Source of the DNA: a candidate division FCPU426 bacterium | GTDB taxonomy: Bacteria; Oederibacteriota; Muellerivitia; Muellerivitales; Muellerivitaceae | Direction: 5' to 3' | NCBI GenBank assembly: GCA_963738405.1 | Contig: CAVTWJ010000010.1 | Location: 32,001-96,000 of the forward strand | DNA: 64,000 bases | Shown: positions 43,001-48,787 of the stretch, in pieces | Layout of the letters: each line of letters opens with the position of its first letter | How positions within the stretch are numbered: position 1 is the first letter of the stretch | Made by a program: the position numbers and the translations under genes | The notes under the pieces: generated by a model | The model's input: the letters and a program-made list of their open reading frames with translations, nothing else | What the model was told of the DNA's origin: nothing | Databases searched by the model: none

Positions 43001-45568
43001 CCGGATGACCCCAGCACCACGGTGGCTTTTGGAAATGATTACAACAACTGTGAGGAAGCGAATTTCGTAACCGGAACTCTTAAGCCGGGAACCTATTACT
43101 TGATACTGGATGGGGACGGATATTACGGTCAATATACCTTTTCGCTTTCAACCTTCCATCCCCTGTGCGCAGTCTCGCCTGTTCCTAATGTGACGCCCGT
43201 ACCGAATGTTACTCCTAGCGGCGACAGTACTTATTTCTCCAAACCCACCTATTTGGGAACGGTTTCCAGCGGTACGGGGGTCATTGGGCCTGGAACGCTT
43301 AATTACTACTTTAATCCAACCGAAACCTGGCATTTTAAGGCCGGGACCAACGGCGGAAACTACGCACTTTCCCTGGATTGTTACGATGATGGAACGAATC
43401 AGGTGGTGTTTGACTTTTCACTCTTTGACGCACTTCACAATCAGATTGGGCATTATCAAGGCGGTGGCGGCAGTTATCCCAACCAAGAATTCAGGACCCT
43501 GCCCGCGGGCGATTATTACGTGGCGGTCTCGGCTACGAATGAAAACTACCCCAGCGGAGACTATCACCTGATCATCCAGGGCGGCGCGGTCGCCACTCCG
43601 ACGGCAACTCCCACCCTGACGCCGACCCCCACCCCGACGCCTATCCCTGGAGGTCCCAAGGGGGCTTGGAGCGCGCCCGTAGGGTTTATCGCAGTGAACT
43701 CGGCTGGAACCACCGTTTACCTCTCCCACAATTTCGGGGTGGATAACCTTAATTTCGATAAATATGTGCGAGTTTACACATCCACCAGCGGTATCAATTA
43801 TTCCCAGTCCGCGTCATGGGGATACTTTGGCAGCACTTATGGCGGAACTTATAGTTCCTGGCAGGATCCCAATGGCCTTGCAGTCGATTCTTCTGGAAAC
43901 GTCCTTGTGGCAGACAATGACGTAATTCGTAAATACAATTCCAATGGTGTCGCGCTGGGTTCCGTGGGCAATGACGATGGTTATTACAATTACGGTGGAT
44001 ATTTCACCTTGGCGAGTGATGTGGCTTTGGACTCGTTTGGCAACATCTATGGTGCCCAGGACCGGACCAGCTACGGTACGGTGCAACTTTTCAATTCTTC
44101 GGGAATCTTTCAGGGAATTTTGGGCTCGTATCTGGCTTATGGACAGGTAGGGAATTTCGATTACCTGCCATCGGTGGCCGTGAACGCATCCGCCTCCTCT
44201 ACGATCGTTTACGAGGCGGCTTTGGGCGATTCTGTAATCAATGTTTACCAGGTAGTTCCGGGTTCTTCTTATAAAATCTTCAATTCTCTCGGCCAATGGG
44301 GGGCGGGAGCGGGTTCCTTTAGCGTCGGGTCCTTGGCTGTGGCTCCGGCAGGGAGCCCCTATGCCGGATTCCTTTACGTCTCAGACACCGCGAACAATCG
44401 GATGATGGAATTCGACCCTTACGGAAATTTCGTGGGCCAATGGGGCAGTTACGGAACCGCACCTGGAGAGTTCAACTACCCAGGTGGAGTTGCGGTGGAT
44501 GGCGCTGGCAATGTTTACGTGGCGGATGTTAATAACAACCGCTTCCAGAAATTCGCGCCACCTATACCTCAATCTATTATCCCGACACCGACTGGAACTC
44601 CGACAAATACTCCTACTGTCACCTCGACTCCTACCCCGTTTGGACTTCCAACAGCGACCACCACACCTTTGGTTTATAGTTCCGCGGTGTTTGAGAGCGG
44701 GCTTCCTTATCCGCAAGGAGTAGCGCTTGATTCCAGTTCGAATCTTTATGTCGTCAACGACCAGCCCAGTTCCGGGCAATATTACCTGAAAGTATTTTCG
44801 CAATTTGGATCATTGCTTAACTCTTGGCAGTCCTTTTCTTCCAGCTTCTTAGATTTCCCGGACGCAATCGCGGTTAATGGCGCGGGTACTTCCATTTTTG
44901 TGGGCGACAGTAGCGGAAGCAACGAGCTGTATCTTTTGAACAGCGGTGGAACCGTTGTGAATAGTACGGGGGGGTTCAGCTTTATCGGTGGTTTGGCTTT
45001 AGATGTCGCGGCTACCAATCTTTATGTAGCGGATGATTCGGCCCATAGCCTTAAACATATCAGCCTCAGCAATTCAACCACCGTAGCCTTTGGGACCTGG
45101 AACAATAGCCAGGGCTTGGGCTATATCCAGGCACCCATTGGAGTGGCGGTAGATAACAGCACCAACTGTAACGGCGGACCCTGTGTTTACTCGATCGATT
45201 ATGGAAACGAAAATGTTCAAAAATGGGACACCAGTGGAAACCCCATCACCTTTTGGGGTGGTCCGGACTTGAACTACAAGAACTCGAGCTCGGGAAATGG
45301 AATGTTTTACGCCCCCTCCGCCATCGCGGTGGATGCCAATACGAGCTGTAACGGAGTGCCCGGACCCTGTGTCTATGTCTCGGATAACGGCAACCCGAAT
45401 AATTACCATTGGATCGAGATATTCGATTCCAATGGCGGCTTCATACAACAAATCTCAACTAGTTATTATCCGCAGGGGTTGGTGGCACTGCCTAATGCGA
45501 CGGGTTTGCCCGGTGCGTTCTATGTGGCTGATTTTGGCGATGGAGCGATTTATAAATACACGCCTTGA
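31085..45568 (+). CDS. giant multidomain surface lipoprotein/adhesin (~4,827 aa)
   Basis: Uninterrupted 14.5-kb ORF; GGGGAG RBS before ATG 31085; lipobox-like FIGC; Thr/Pro stalk, PPC-like repeats, malectin-like domains, NHL repeats. Confidence 0.9.
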   Translation: MKVRHWALLSFGIVFIFAAFIGCNNRSASPVAPTRNANLNVAVPRTQELQASLLSSTSDILLYKATTSGQAVTGSAGPFNDQTGSGSINFSVDLPSSGTWLMAVELIAASNQQPLALGAAQFDAGSVSGGVTLDLGSVSRNCYQTDTWMDPLGSSFSFLTDTLFTSLNSGDINIVPFGAGYQIQAVAPARIEYLGNGPLVNFASAPATETNTASSVSKMTAGAAVSILQSGDVYCVLLSGGGHAWMQISNPGNATTGPSFRFRVNATLPYYAYYQTSADISGVCLTPLNTPTSTATFSPTPTITPTVTPTPSYTQTPLPTSTPTSTNSPTLTSSPTDTWTVTPTPSITDTPSSTPTPTITPSPSPTNSPIPTSTPTETLTSTATNTPTVTGTSTSTVSPTFTLTNTLTFSSTQTSTSTATVTGTATLTQTLTSTPTGLFTSTMTSTPTNTPTYTATPTTTSTSTFTQTNTLTSTSTSTATSQFTFTQTSTPTNTLSATTTDTLTSTLTATPTDTLTTTATFTQTQTPTATLTNTVTAIATSTSTATPTNTLTATPTVTSTNTATVSQTQTVTSTLTNTATATSTSTSTATPTNTATSTPTQTPTSTATASATDTPTSTLTTTPTATPTSTLTTTPTSTPTFSFTATSTTNGTSTPTLTPIAGVIDITNNIDGAPVPGITTGGQDNYSQTVTFWNGTSSLSSSYDNYSSSGAATALYGQGAPDQAYQFTLASPKNLFVNLCGANYDSVLYLRKTLNDPNSLVAINDDSDFCATTSSSLVTGTLPAGTYYLIVDGFAAGYHGSYSLTLSTFAPPCQLTPLSSPVTSNQQVNTADTSNFTNPVVLGSVGAGSDLVGAGTVNYFTNFANTWAFTPSMTGAYQISLDCFDDGTGKARVGYDLLESDGEGGVSFVDVSLDGDPLDSLIENLTAGNTYYIAVYAWNEGAPDADYHLIIKGLGSTATPTITPTASSTPTETITPSATSIPTAQSPVTLNISGGGATVTGNTIGMADSYNQPVSLWNSIGGVTYDYGAGAPDTAYAVNVTNPESLFINLCGAQFDSVVYVRFGSPTGPTVSVNDDSDYCNSPSSSLVTGTLVPGIYYIIVDGFGPGSYGPFTLAVSTFNPVCGLPTQTLPTPVVNPQSGDSADDVNFTNPVDLGVALSGGDVVGSGNVNYYFNHVQTWSFAVSQYGNYTVSLDCFDDGTGKARAGFDLLQNNEGSISFLQASNDNDPLDQVTYYLIPGVTYYVAVYAFGEGAPSADYHLLVTPQGGAPVIQDVSSIIGTGNAISGSTEGANDNNNQPDSSGTPWGQYGPDVTYQFVPPQTGEYFINMCNVNFDSVLYLRTNPTDPASVVDLDTFGNYCDNGQGTAIATGVLNQGVTYYLIVDGNDEAGNYSFTIAPFTPQCVLTPVSTPVTFTGPANTSFNPDLANARDLGDLSAAGQDATGVGNVNYEYNGTNTWQFEVTVPNQVFNLSTDCFDDGTGKNLTDVGIWSNSDGLQFIAGQSQYSPINQASVTLSTGTYYITVESDNDGEDGNYRLVVQNVTGLNTPTVTQTPTVTPTATPAGVPDVSYAIGQGTVISGNTAGGTDHYNQNLTNGFNGAVDYGAGAPDVAYQFVAPQTGEYVIDMCNAGFSAVLYLRTSLTDPASMTDLSNQSDYCYNVGSGSGYYASITTSTLTQGVTYYLIVDGYGSGDYGNYGFTIAPFTPVCYLNTVSTPVTYTGLPNDNDGYEQMTDSDASAAVNLGTVTTDAVGVGTLNWALNGTEVWQFTASVSGNYAISTDCFDDGTGQDYADLYLWTYQDGLTETNYSYNYPLNQMVVYLNAGQTYYAEVQPDYDGQDGNYRLVVQNLTGFNTPTPLDTPTPMPSPTPTPSSFRVIPASYSGYTDSQGNYWNGGADSDIPGYSGPGGFSNDNNIPIFGTKDPTLYDDYYDNGPAAQNYVFNVAPGTYQTTLKFTDLSGTAVGAREFNVFINGSKVISNLDIYSEVGGNAADDKVFNNVIPVFNPSALAYQIQVQVGPANSGAPVIGAIQILPQSQTIATPTPTPTRGPSSTWRVIAGGASPYMTLPYTDSHGKSWIGDTDYQGGIFQASTNPGSISGTNDQILYQNTRMGNMINDTYYQPFSYSFPVPQGNYQVTLKFAETQYTYVGGRVFNVSINGNQAVTNLDVYSEVGENAADDKIVNNVTPDGTGHIKISFGPTSSSSNSNQVMVSAIQIVPEAGGFFPTATLTQTQTPTPTITPSPTPTSTPSGPAALDISGGGVTLTGQTTLGLPDIYNEPATAWLGASGYANYNYGVGAPDKLYTFTVGSGQAGQFFNINICDANFDSVLALHSGSPAGPTVALNDDSDFCGGTSSSLVTGPLAAGTYYLIVDGFQAGDAGAYTLKISTFTTTCSLSPTSTPVVSNQTSGVTVDDTTFTNPVTLTTPLTSGNDLTGLGVVNNYLNHVNTWMFTQASSGSCTISLDCFDNGTALGNSRVGFDVYDAYDDLIGSSADGDPLDQLVLDLNPGNYYVAVYAWDYGAPNANYRLVIQDGPIATATPTPTVTPTLTLNTTFTSTATITSTLMATPIPSFSPTPGVPADITSAINGAPVAGDTTGLEDDYSQPVSYWNGTDTSTQYLGAGAPDIAYQFSIDAGHAGESLFINICGASFDSVLYLRSGSPTGPLVAVDDDSEYCGASSNNGLSSSFVTGPLSAGTYYLIVDGYQSGDYGQFSLNLSTYNPPCSLNPTSTPIPNAEPSQDDNGFSQATNLGTVSIGTDTVGSGALGYFTNHVDTWHFHAGTDGGNYTLSLDCFDDGNNKARFGFDLYRLIKTNSYNSVPLSLVASSTDGDPLDQLVETLPAGDYYVAVYANDENAPSGNYHLVVQGGPVASPTPTITFTPTYTETPGGVIQDISSIISSGVTITGDTTNDVNNYTQAVTQYDGSSPYVFNTGLGPDAMYQFVPPSTGEYFINLCNASFDSVIYLRTNPTDSSSTIDLDQYSEYCSTTGSSIATGTLTQGVTYYLIVDGLNSYDYGTYSLSISHFTPLCTLSPTSTPVLYTAPANITYYPDYANAVDLGTVSTGGDAVGTGNANYNFNYTNTWKFTVGTNGGTYAFSADCFDDGTGKNYEDITVYDGNPEDLNSPIAQSYYQTPLNQLEIQNLPAGTYYIAVQSDDDGQDGNYRLAVQGLQALTITPTPTITPSPTDSPTDSPTVISTETLTVTPANSVTVWRETTGYLAASLTDHLGNVWTPDTTVGNYSPLGGSTYLGGVVFGTPDSTLYQNPRFASPTLTYSFPIEPGSYQVTLKFAEENPTYWAVGARVFNVSVIGSSTQTLSNLDVFAEVGGQAPDDKVFDSVSPDASGNITVLLGGGTNFPMISAIQIIPQGSAVTPTPTPLLTPSANWRIIAGASPYSQLSGTNLKLPYIDSHGKPWMGDAGFSGGEGLGSGAYFASSDLTLYSFERVGYGVPFSYTFPVPTGQQYQLDLKFMDYYHNADENVVVNGVTVLSNFQPGNVGGYSFNTPIDQVFNNISPVGGNIQIQFFPVYPDYYPNYPVEVNAIQIIPQPVLISPTVTPTWTITPSPTNTPNPSVTTTPTSTATISSGIPMVLVDGAPVSGTTAGGTDSYSQPASLWDSSNGVTYNYGAGAPDSVYQFHLNSAQSVFINLCGAAFDSVVYVRTNPNDPSTTMALDDDSEFCHGTSSSLVTGTLQQGTYYVVVDGFTAGDFGTYSLSLSSFNPICTLTPISTPVVNWQTNNSADDSYFSNTVNLGSVTSGHDLVGMGTLNYYLNHVNTWQFSAGTDGSNYTISLDCFDDGNGKARMGFDLYQAAYNSFDSIYSYQLIASSSNGDPLDQITQNLPAGNYVVAVYAIDAEAPSGDYHLVVQAGAAPTPLPTATVTPTPVVVNHYPDITSYIDSGNPVTGDTTGLPDHYNQVVMEASEGGDAHAAGNTNGRPVTFGAGSPDVVYQFTLHSAESLHINACQTYYFSSVVYIRTNPDDPSTTVAFGNDYNNCEEANFVTGTLKPGTYYLILDGDGYYGQYTFSLSTFHPLCAVSPVPNVTPVPNVTPSGDSTYFSKPTYLGTVSSGTGVIGPGTLNYYFNPTETWHFKAGTNGGNYALSLDCYDDGTNQVVFDFSLFDALHNQIGHYQGGGGSYPNQEFRTLPAGDYYVAVSATNENYPSGDYHLIIQGGAVATPTATPTLTPTPTPTPIPGGPKGAWSAPVGFIAVNSAGTTVYLSHNFGVDNLNFDKYVRVYTSTSGINYSQSASWGYFGSTYGGTYSSWQDPNGLAVDSSGNVLVADNDVIRKYNSNGVALGSVGNDDGYYNYGGYFTLASDVALDSFGNIYGAQDRTSYGTVQLFNSSGIFQGILGSYLAYGQVGNFDYLPSVAVNASASSTIVYEAALGDSVINVYQVVPGSSYKIFNSLGQWGAGAGSFSVGSLAVAPAGSPYAGFLYVSDTANNRMMEFDPYGNFVGQWGSYGTAPGEFNYPGGVAVDGAGNVYVADVNNNRFQKFAPPIPQSIIPTPTGTPTNTPTVTSTPTPFGLPTATTTPLVYSSAVFESGLPYPQGVALDSSSNLYVVNDQPSSGQYYLKVFSQFGSLLNSWQSFSSSFLDFPDAIAVNGAGTSIFVGDSSGSNELYLLNSGGTVVNSTGGFSFIGGLALDVAATNLYVADDSAHSLKHISLSNSTTVAFGTWNNSQGLGYIQAPIGVAVDNSTNCNGGPCVYSIDYGNENVQKWDTSGNPITFWGGPDLNYKNSSSGNGMFYAPSAIAVDANTSCNGVPGPCVYVSDNGNPNNYHWIEIFDSNGGFIQQISTSYYPQGLVALPNATGLPGAFYVADFGDGAIYKYTP
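31940..33065 (+). repeat. Thr/Pro/Ser-rich low-complexity stalk (~375 aa)
   Basis: Continuous (TxT)n sequence; near-identical nucleotide blocks at 32678-32733 and 32810-32865. Confidence 0.9.
33070..43585 (+). repeat. nine ~280-290 aa bipartite repeats interleaved with two malectin-like pairs
   Basis: Each unit carries variants of APD..Y.F, FINLC...DSVLYLR, GTYYLIVDG and DC(F/Y)D(D/N)G; malectin-like pairs at ~36697-37735 and ~40697-41712 (Y.VTLKFAE...G.RVFNV). Confidence 0.88.
43660..45565 (+). repeat. NHL-repeat beta-propeller region (two blocks)
   Basis: FNYPGGVAVDGAGNVYVADVNNNRFQKF and related repeats. Confidence 0.85.
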
Positions 45569-45735
45569 AATATAGGGGTGTTATTCAATCGTTTGAGTTG
45601 GACTAGGGCTTTAAATGAGGGGTTTCTAGGTTCAAAAGACCGCTTTTTATTAAAGGAAACCCTTTTCATTGCCGGTTTTTTCTTTAAAATACGCCCCAAG
45701 TTGCAGTCGGGGCTTAATCCCTGAAAGGGGCCGTC

Positions 45736-46533
45736 ATGAATAGAATTTTGATTTTGACAATACTGATTCTGGTGCCGGTCGGACGACTTTGGGCCGTAAC
45801 GGAGGCCATCTTTACCTCTGTTACTGGTAAGATCGAGATCAGGGGCCACGCCGGCCACAAGCTCCGGATTGCCCAAAAAGACACTACCGTAGTTGAAGGC
45901 GAACGTATTGTCGCCGGCGCGGACGGTCAAGCGACCCTGCAAACCTTTGATGGGTCCCAATTGACAATCAGTCCCAATACCGATTTCTGGTTGGATAAAC
46001 TCCAACAACCTGATCCCAATAATAAGATTATTCAATTCAAAATGATGCTGGGCCAGCTCTTCGCCAAGGTCACCAAGCTGGTATCGGCCAAGTCCTCATT
46101 CGAAATCAACGCCGGGGGCGTCATCTGCGGCGTTCGGGGAACTCAATACCAGGTCAAATTTGATCCCACCACCAACACCGTTTATTTGGGAGTTGTGGAG
46201 GGAACTGTTTTCACCACCTCAAACGGTCAAACGACCGATTGGGGCGCCGGAAGCAGTGCGGTTTTCCACAACGGAACCCCTTTAGGTGGTGGCAACAATG
46301 GAATACCCGGCGGCAATAATGGAAATAAAGGTGATAACGGAAACAATGGTCAAGGAAATGGCCAGGGGGATAATGGTGACAACGGTTCCCTTGGCTCTCT
46401 CCAAGACCTAAACGATCAATTCGGCGGAAACAATAACTCTAACGGCAACACGACTCTTACCGATCCGTCGGTGGAGGGTTCCATAAGGATCAATATCACC
46501 GCCAATATTCCTACCCAGGAAAATACGAATTGA
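45736..46533 (+). CDS. FecR-domain periplasmic protein with Gly/Asn-rich tail
   Basis: Signal peptide; L.TFDGSQL.ISPNT, GVICGVRGTQY, V.EGTV FecR pattern. Confidence 0.85.
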   Translation: MNRILILTILILVPVGRLWAVTEAIFTSVTGKIEIRGHAGHKLRIAQKDTTVVEGERIVAGADGQATLQTFDGSQLTISPNTDFWLDKLQQPDPNNKIIQFKMMLGQLFAKVTKLVSAKSSFEINAGGVICGVRGTQYQVKFDPTTNTVYLGVVEGTVFTTSNGQTTDWGAGSSAVFHNGTPLGGGNNGIPGGNNGNKGDNGNNGQGNGQGDNGDNGSLGSLQDLNDQFGGNNNSNGNTTLTDPSVEGSIRINITANIPTQENTN

Positions 46534-46547
46534 AGGAGAAAAACATC

Positions 46548-47705
46548 ATGAAAAGTTTCTTTGCGGGACTTTCCCTCTTTTTACTCGTCCTTCCTGTCCA
46601 AGCCGGCCAATTCAGTATCGGAGCCATTTACGATGGTTGGAACAGCAACTATCTAACCCCATTGACCGGATTAAACACCAATCAGGGTTCTGAATTTTGG
46701 GTCCCCATGGCTTTAAATCTGAATTTGGAAAAGGGATTTCAGGTTTATGGGCAGGGGTCTTTCGCGACTGCCTCTTACATTTTTCCGCCCGATCAGTCGG
46801 GGGCTAATGAGACGCTGAATTTGACAAATCTGACGGACTCAGTTCTCGGAACCGAGATTCAGTTCAAAAGTTTCGGCTATTCTTCGCTCCTTAATGTCAG
46901 TATCAATCTGCCGACGGGCGACCCAACCTGGGAAACGAAACAGATTGTGGCTATTATTCCCACTGAGTTCATGGATTATCGCTACCGTGGTCGTGGGTTC
47001 GGTTTTAACGGCCTTTATGGGATCAGTTTCCCCATGGGAAAAAGTTCCATCGGTGCAGGTGTTGGTTACCTGCATTCGGGTTCCTTCGATGCGACCGGCG
47101 ATTCGACCGCACCCCTGCAATTGGGTGATACGATGTTTTTGGCTTTCAACTTTGTTCAGCCGGGAACCGGCGGGTACAAGGAAATCGCCCGGCTTTCGGG
47201 TTATTACTCCTTTACGACTCAAATCGCCGGGGTTAACGAGTTTCAGCTTGGGACCAATGTGAATGCCTCTTATAGTTGGATTAATCCCCATGCCCTATCC
47301 GTTGATTTGGGAGCTCAGTTTTTCCTTCCCTCTCAAAGATTGAGTACAGATAACGTTTTGACCACCGAATCCAATAATTACTACGCCCCGCGCTTTTACG
47401 TGGCTCCCAGTTATTCATTTGGAGATATCAACTTGTCCGCACAAGTGAAATATATCCTGCCCAATGATTATCCAGATACCTTTTCCGGTTCTGGCGTGAA
47501 TCCAATGTATTTCGGCGGAGGTTGGCTTTTTGGAATCGGCCCTTCCTGGAAAGCTGCCCTGGATGACAAGTCGAGCCTCAATTTCTATGGTGCCTACGAC
47601 TACATCGTTCAAAATAACGCCAATATTGATTCCACCGGAACCACCTTGGTTAACGCCACATACAATTATTGGATCATCGGCACGAACTACCAAATTAATC
47701 TCTAA
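46548..47705 (+). CDS. putative outer-membrane beta-barrel protein
   Basis: Signal peptide (VQA); amphipathic aromatic-rich strands; NLPTG; terminal strand WIIGTNYQINL. Confidence 0.65.
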   Translation: MKSFFAGLSLFLLVLPVQAGQFSIGAIYDGWNSNYLTPLTGLNTNQGSEFWVPMALNLNLEKGFQVYGQGSFATASYIFPPDQSGANETLNLTNLTDSVLGTEIQFKSFGYSSLLNVSINLPTGDPTWETKQIVAIIPTEFMDYRYRGRGFGFNGLYGISFPMGKSSIGAGVGYLHSGSFDATGDSTAPLQLGDTMFLAFNFVQPGTGGYKEIARLSGYYSFTTQIAGVNEFQLGTNVNASYSWINPHALSVDLGAQFFLPSQRLSTDNVLTTESNNYYAPRFYVAPSYSFGDINLSAQVKYILPNDYPDTFSGSGVNPMYFGGGWLFGIGPSWKAALDDKSSLNFYGAYDYIVQNNANIDSTGTTLVNATYNYWIIGTNYQINL

Positions 47706-47755
47706 TTCGTTATTCAGTCCCCGGGGAGCGGGTCTTAACCAAAGGAGACGGCTAA

Positions 47756-48775
47756 ATGAAAATCGCATCGAATAAATTTTTTATCGCCTCGAGCCTGTTT
47801 TCAGTCCTGATTATGGTGATATGGGGCTGTAATGGTTCTCGTCCCTTGGCTCCCGCCCAAAATGTCAATTTGGGCATTTCTTTGGCGCCCTCCAAGGATC
47901 TTCAAGCCAGCTTGCTGGGAACAACTTCGAACACCCTTCTCTGGAACTATCAAATCAACGGCCAGTCTGGGGAGCATGGCCAGGCGGGTCCCTTTTCCTC
48001 CAATGTCGGCGCCGGAAACGTTAATTTCTCAGTGAATCTGCCTGCGGGCGGTAAAAAGATATTCTCCATCCAATTAAACGACGCCAATACTGGGCAGGAC
48101 CTGGCGGTTGGTTCTGCTCTGATTGATCTGACGAACCCAACAGCGAATATGTCGGTAACCATCGCCCTGGGATCGGTGGTTCGGGCCTGTTACACATTGA
48201 GCAATGCAGGGCTTTATAACTACTATGACTTGATTGACCATTTCATTCAGTACTATCCCCAGCAATCAGACCTGGAAGTGTATTACGGGGATACCAACTA
48301 CTCATTGTGGGACGCAAACTATAACGCCACGATCGCATACTTGGGCAATGGGAATCTGGTCGATTACGACTATGTTCCCTCGGATGATGTTTTTTCGTAT
48401 TATTCTATTGAAACCAAATATGAGGTCCTGAATCCTTCCAGCGCGAAACCCACTCCTGTGCCGACTTACGGTGGCGGTTCCGCTCGAAAAAGCACCAAAG
48501 CCAGCACGGGACAAAATTTAGATCTAGAAACTGGGGATGTCTATTGCATTAAGTTGACCAATCTTCCCGGGGATTATGCCTGGGTTCAGGTAACAGATTC
48601 CGGCAACCTCAATAATTCTGTCGGTCCCAGCTTTTGTTTCCGCATCAGCACCGATCCTTTCTATTCTTACTACCAGACCAGCGCGGACCTTCTTCAAAAT
48701 TGCTCATGGGGCGGTACTAGCGGCAGCGGCAGCGGCGGTACCAGTGGGGGTGGCGGAAGCGGCGGCGGCGGTTAA
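47756..48775 (+). CDS. lipoprotein paralogous to the N-terminal domain of the giant protein
   Basis: Lipobox-like IWGC; shared LQASLL, AGPF, NFSV.LP, LGSV.R.CY, YLGNG.LV, GDVYC, GPSF.FR, YYQTSAD; Gly-rich tail. Confidence 0.85.
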   Translation: MKIASNKFFIASSLFSVLIMVIWGCNGSRPLAPAQNVNLGISLAPSKDLQASLLGTTSNTLLWNYQINGQSGEHGQAGPFSSNVGAGNVNFSVNLPAGGKKIFSIQLNDANTGQDLAVGSALIDLTNPTANMSVTIALGSVVRACYTLSNAGLYNYYDLIDHFIQYYPQQSDLEVYYGDTNYSLWDANYNATIAYLGNGNLVDYDYVPSDDVFSYYSIETKYEVLNPSSAKPTPVPTYGGGSARKSTKASTGQNLDLETGDVYCIKLTNLPGDYAWVQVTDSGNLNNSVGPSFCFRISTDPFYSYYQTSADLLQNCSWGGTSGSGSGGTSGGGGSGGGG

Positions 48776-48787
48776 ACCCCAAAGCCC

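Noticed and set aside
33070..43585. Repeats as a CRISPR array or DGR template/variable repeats
   Set aside because: The repeats are long, diverged and protein-coding; no spacers, cas genes or reverse transcriptase are present
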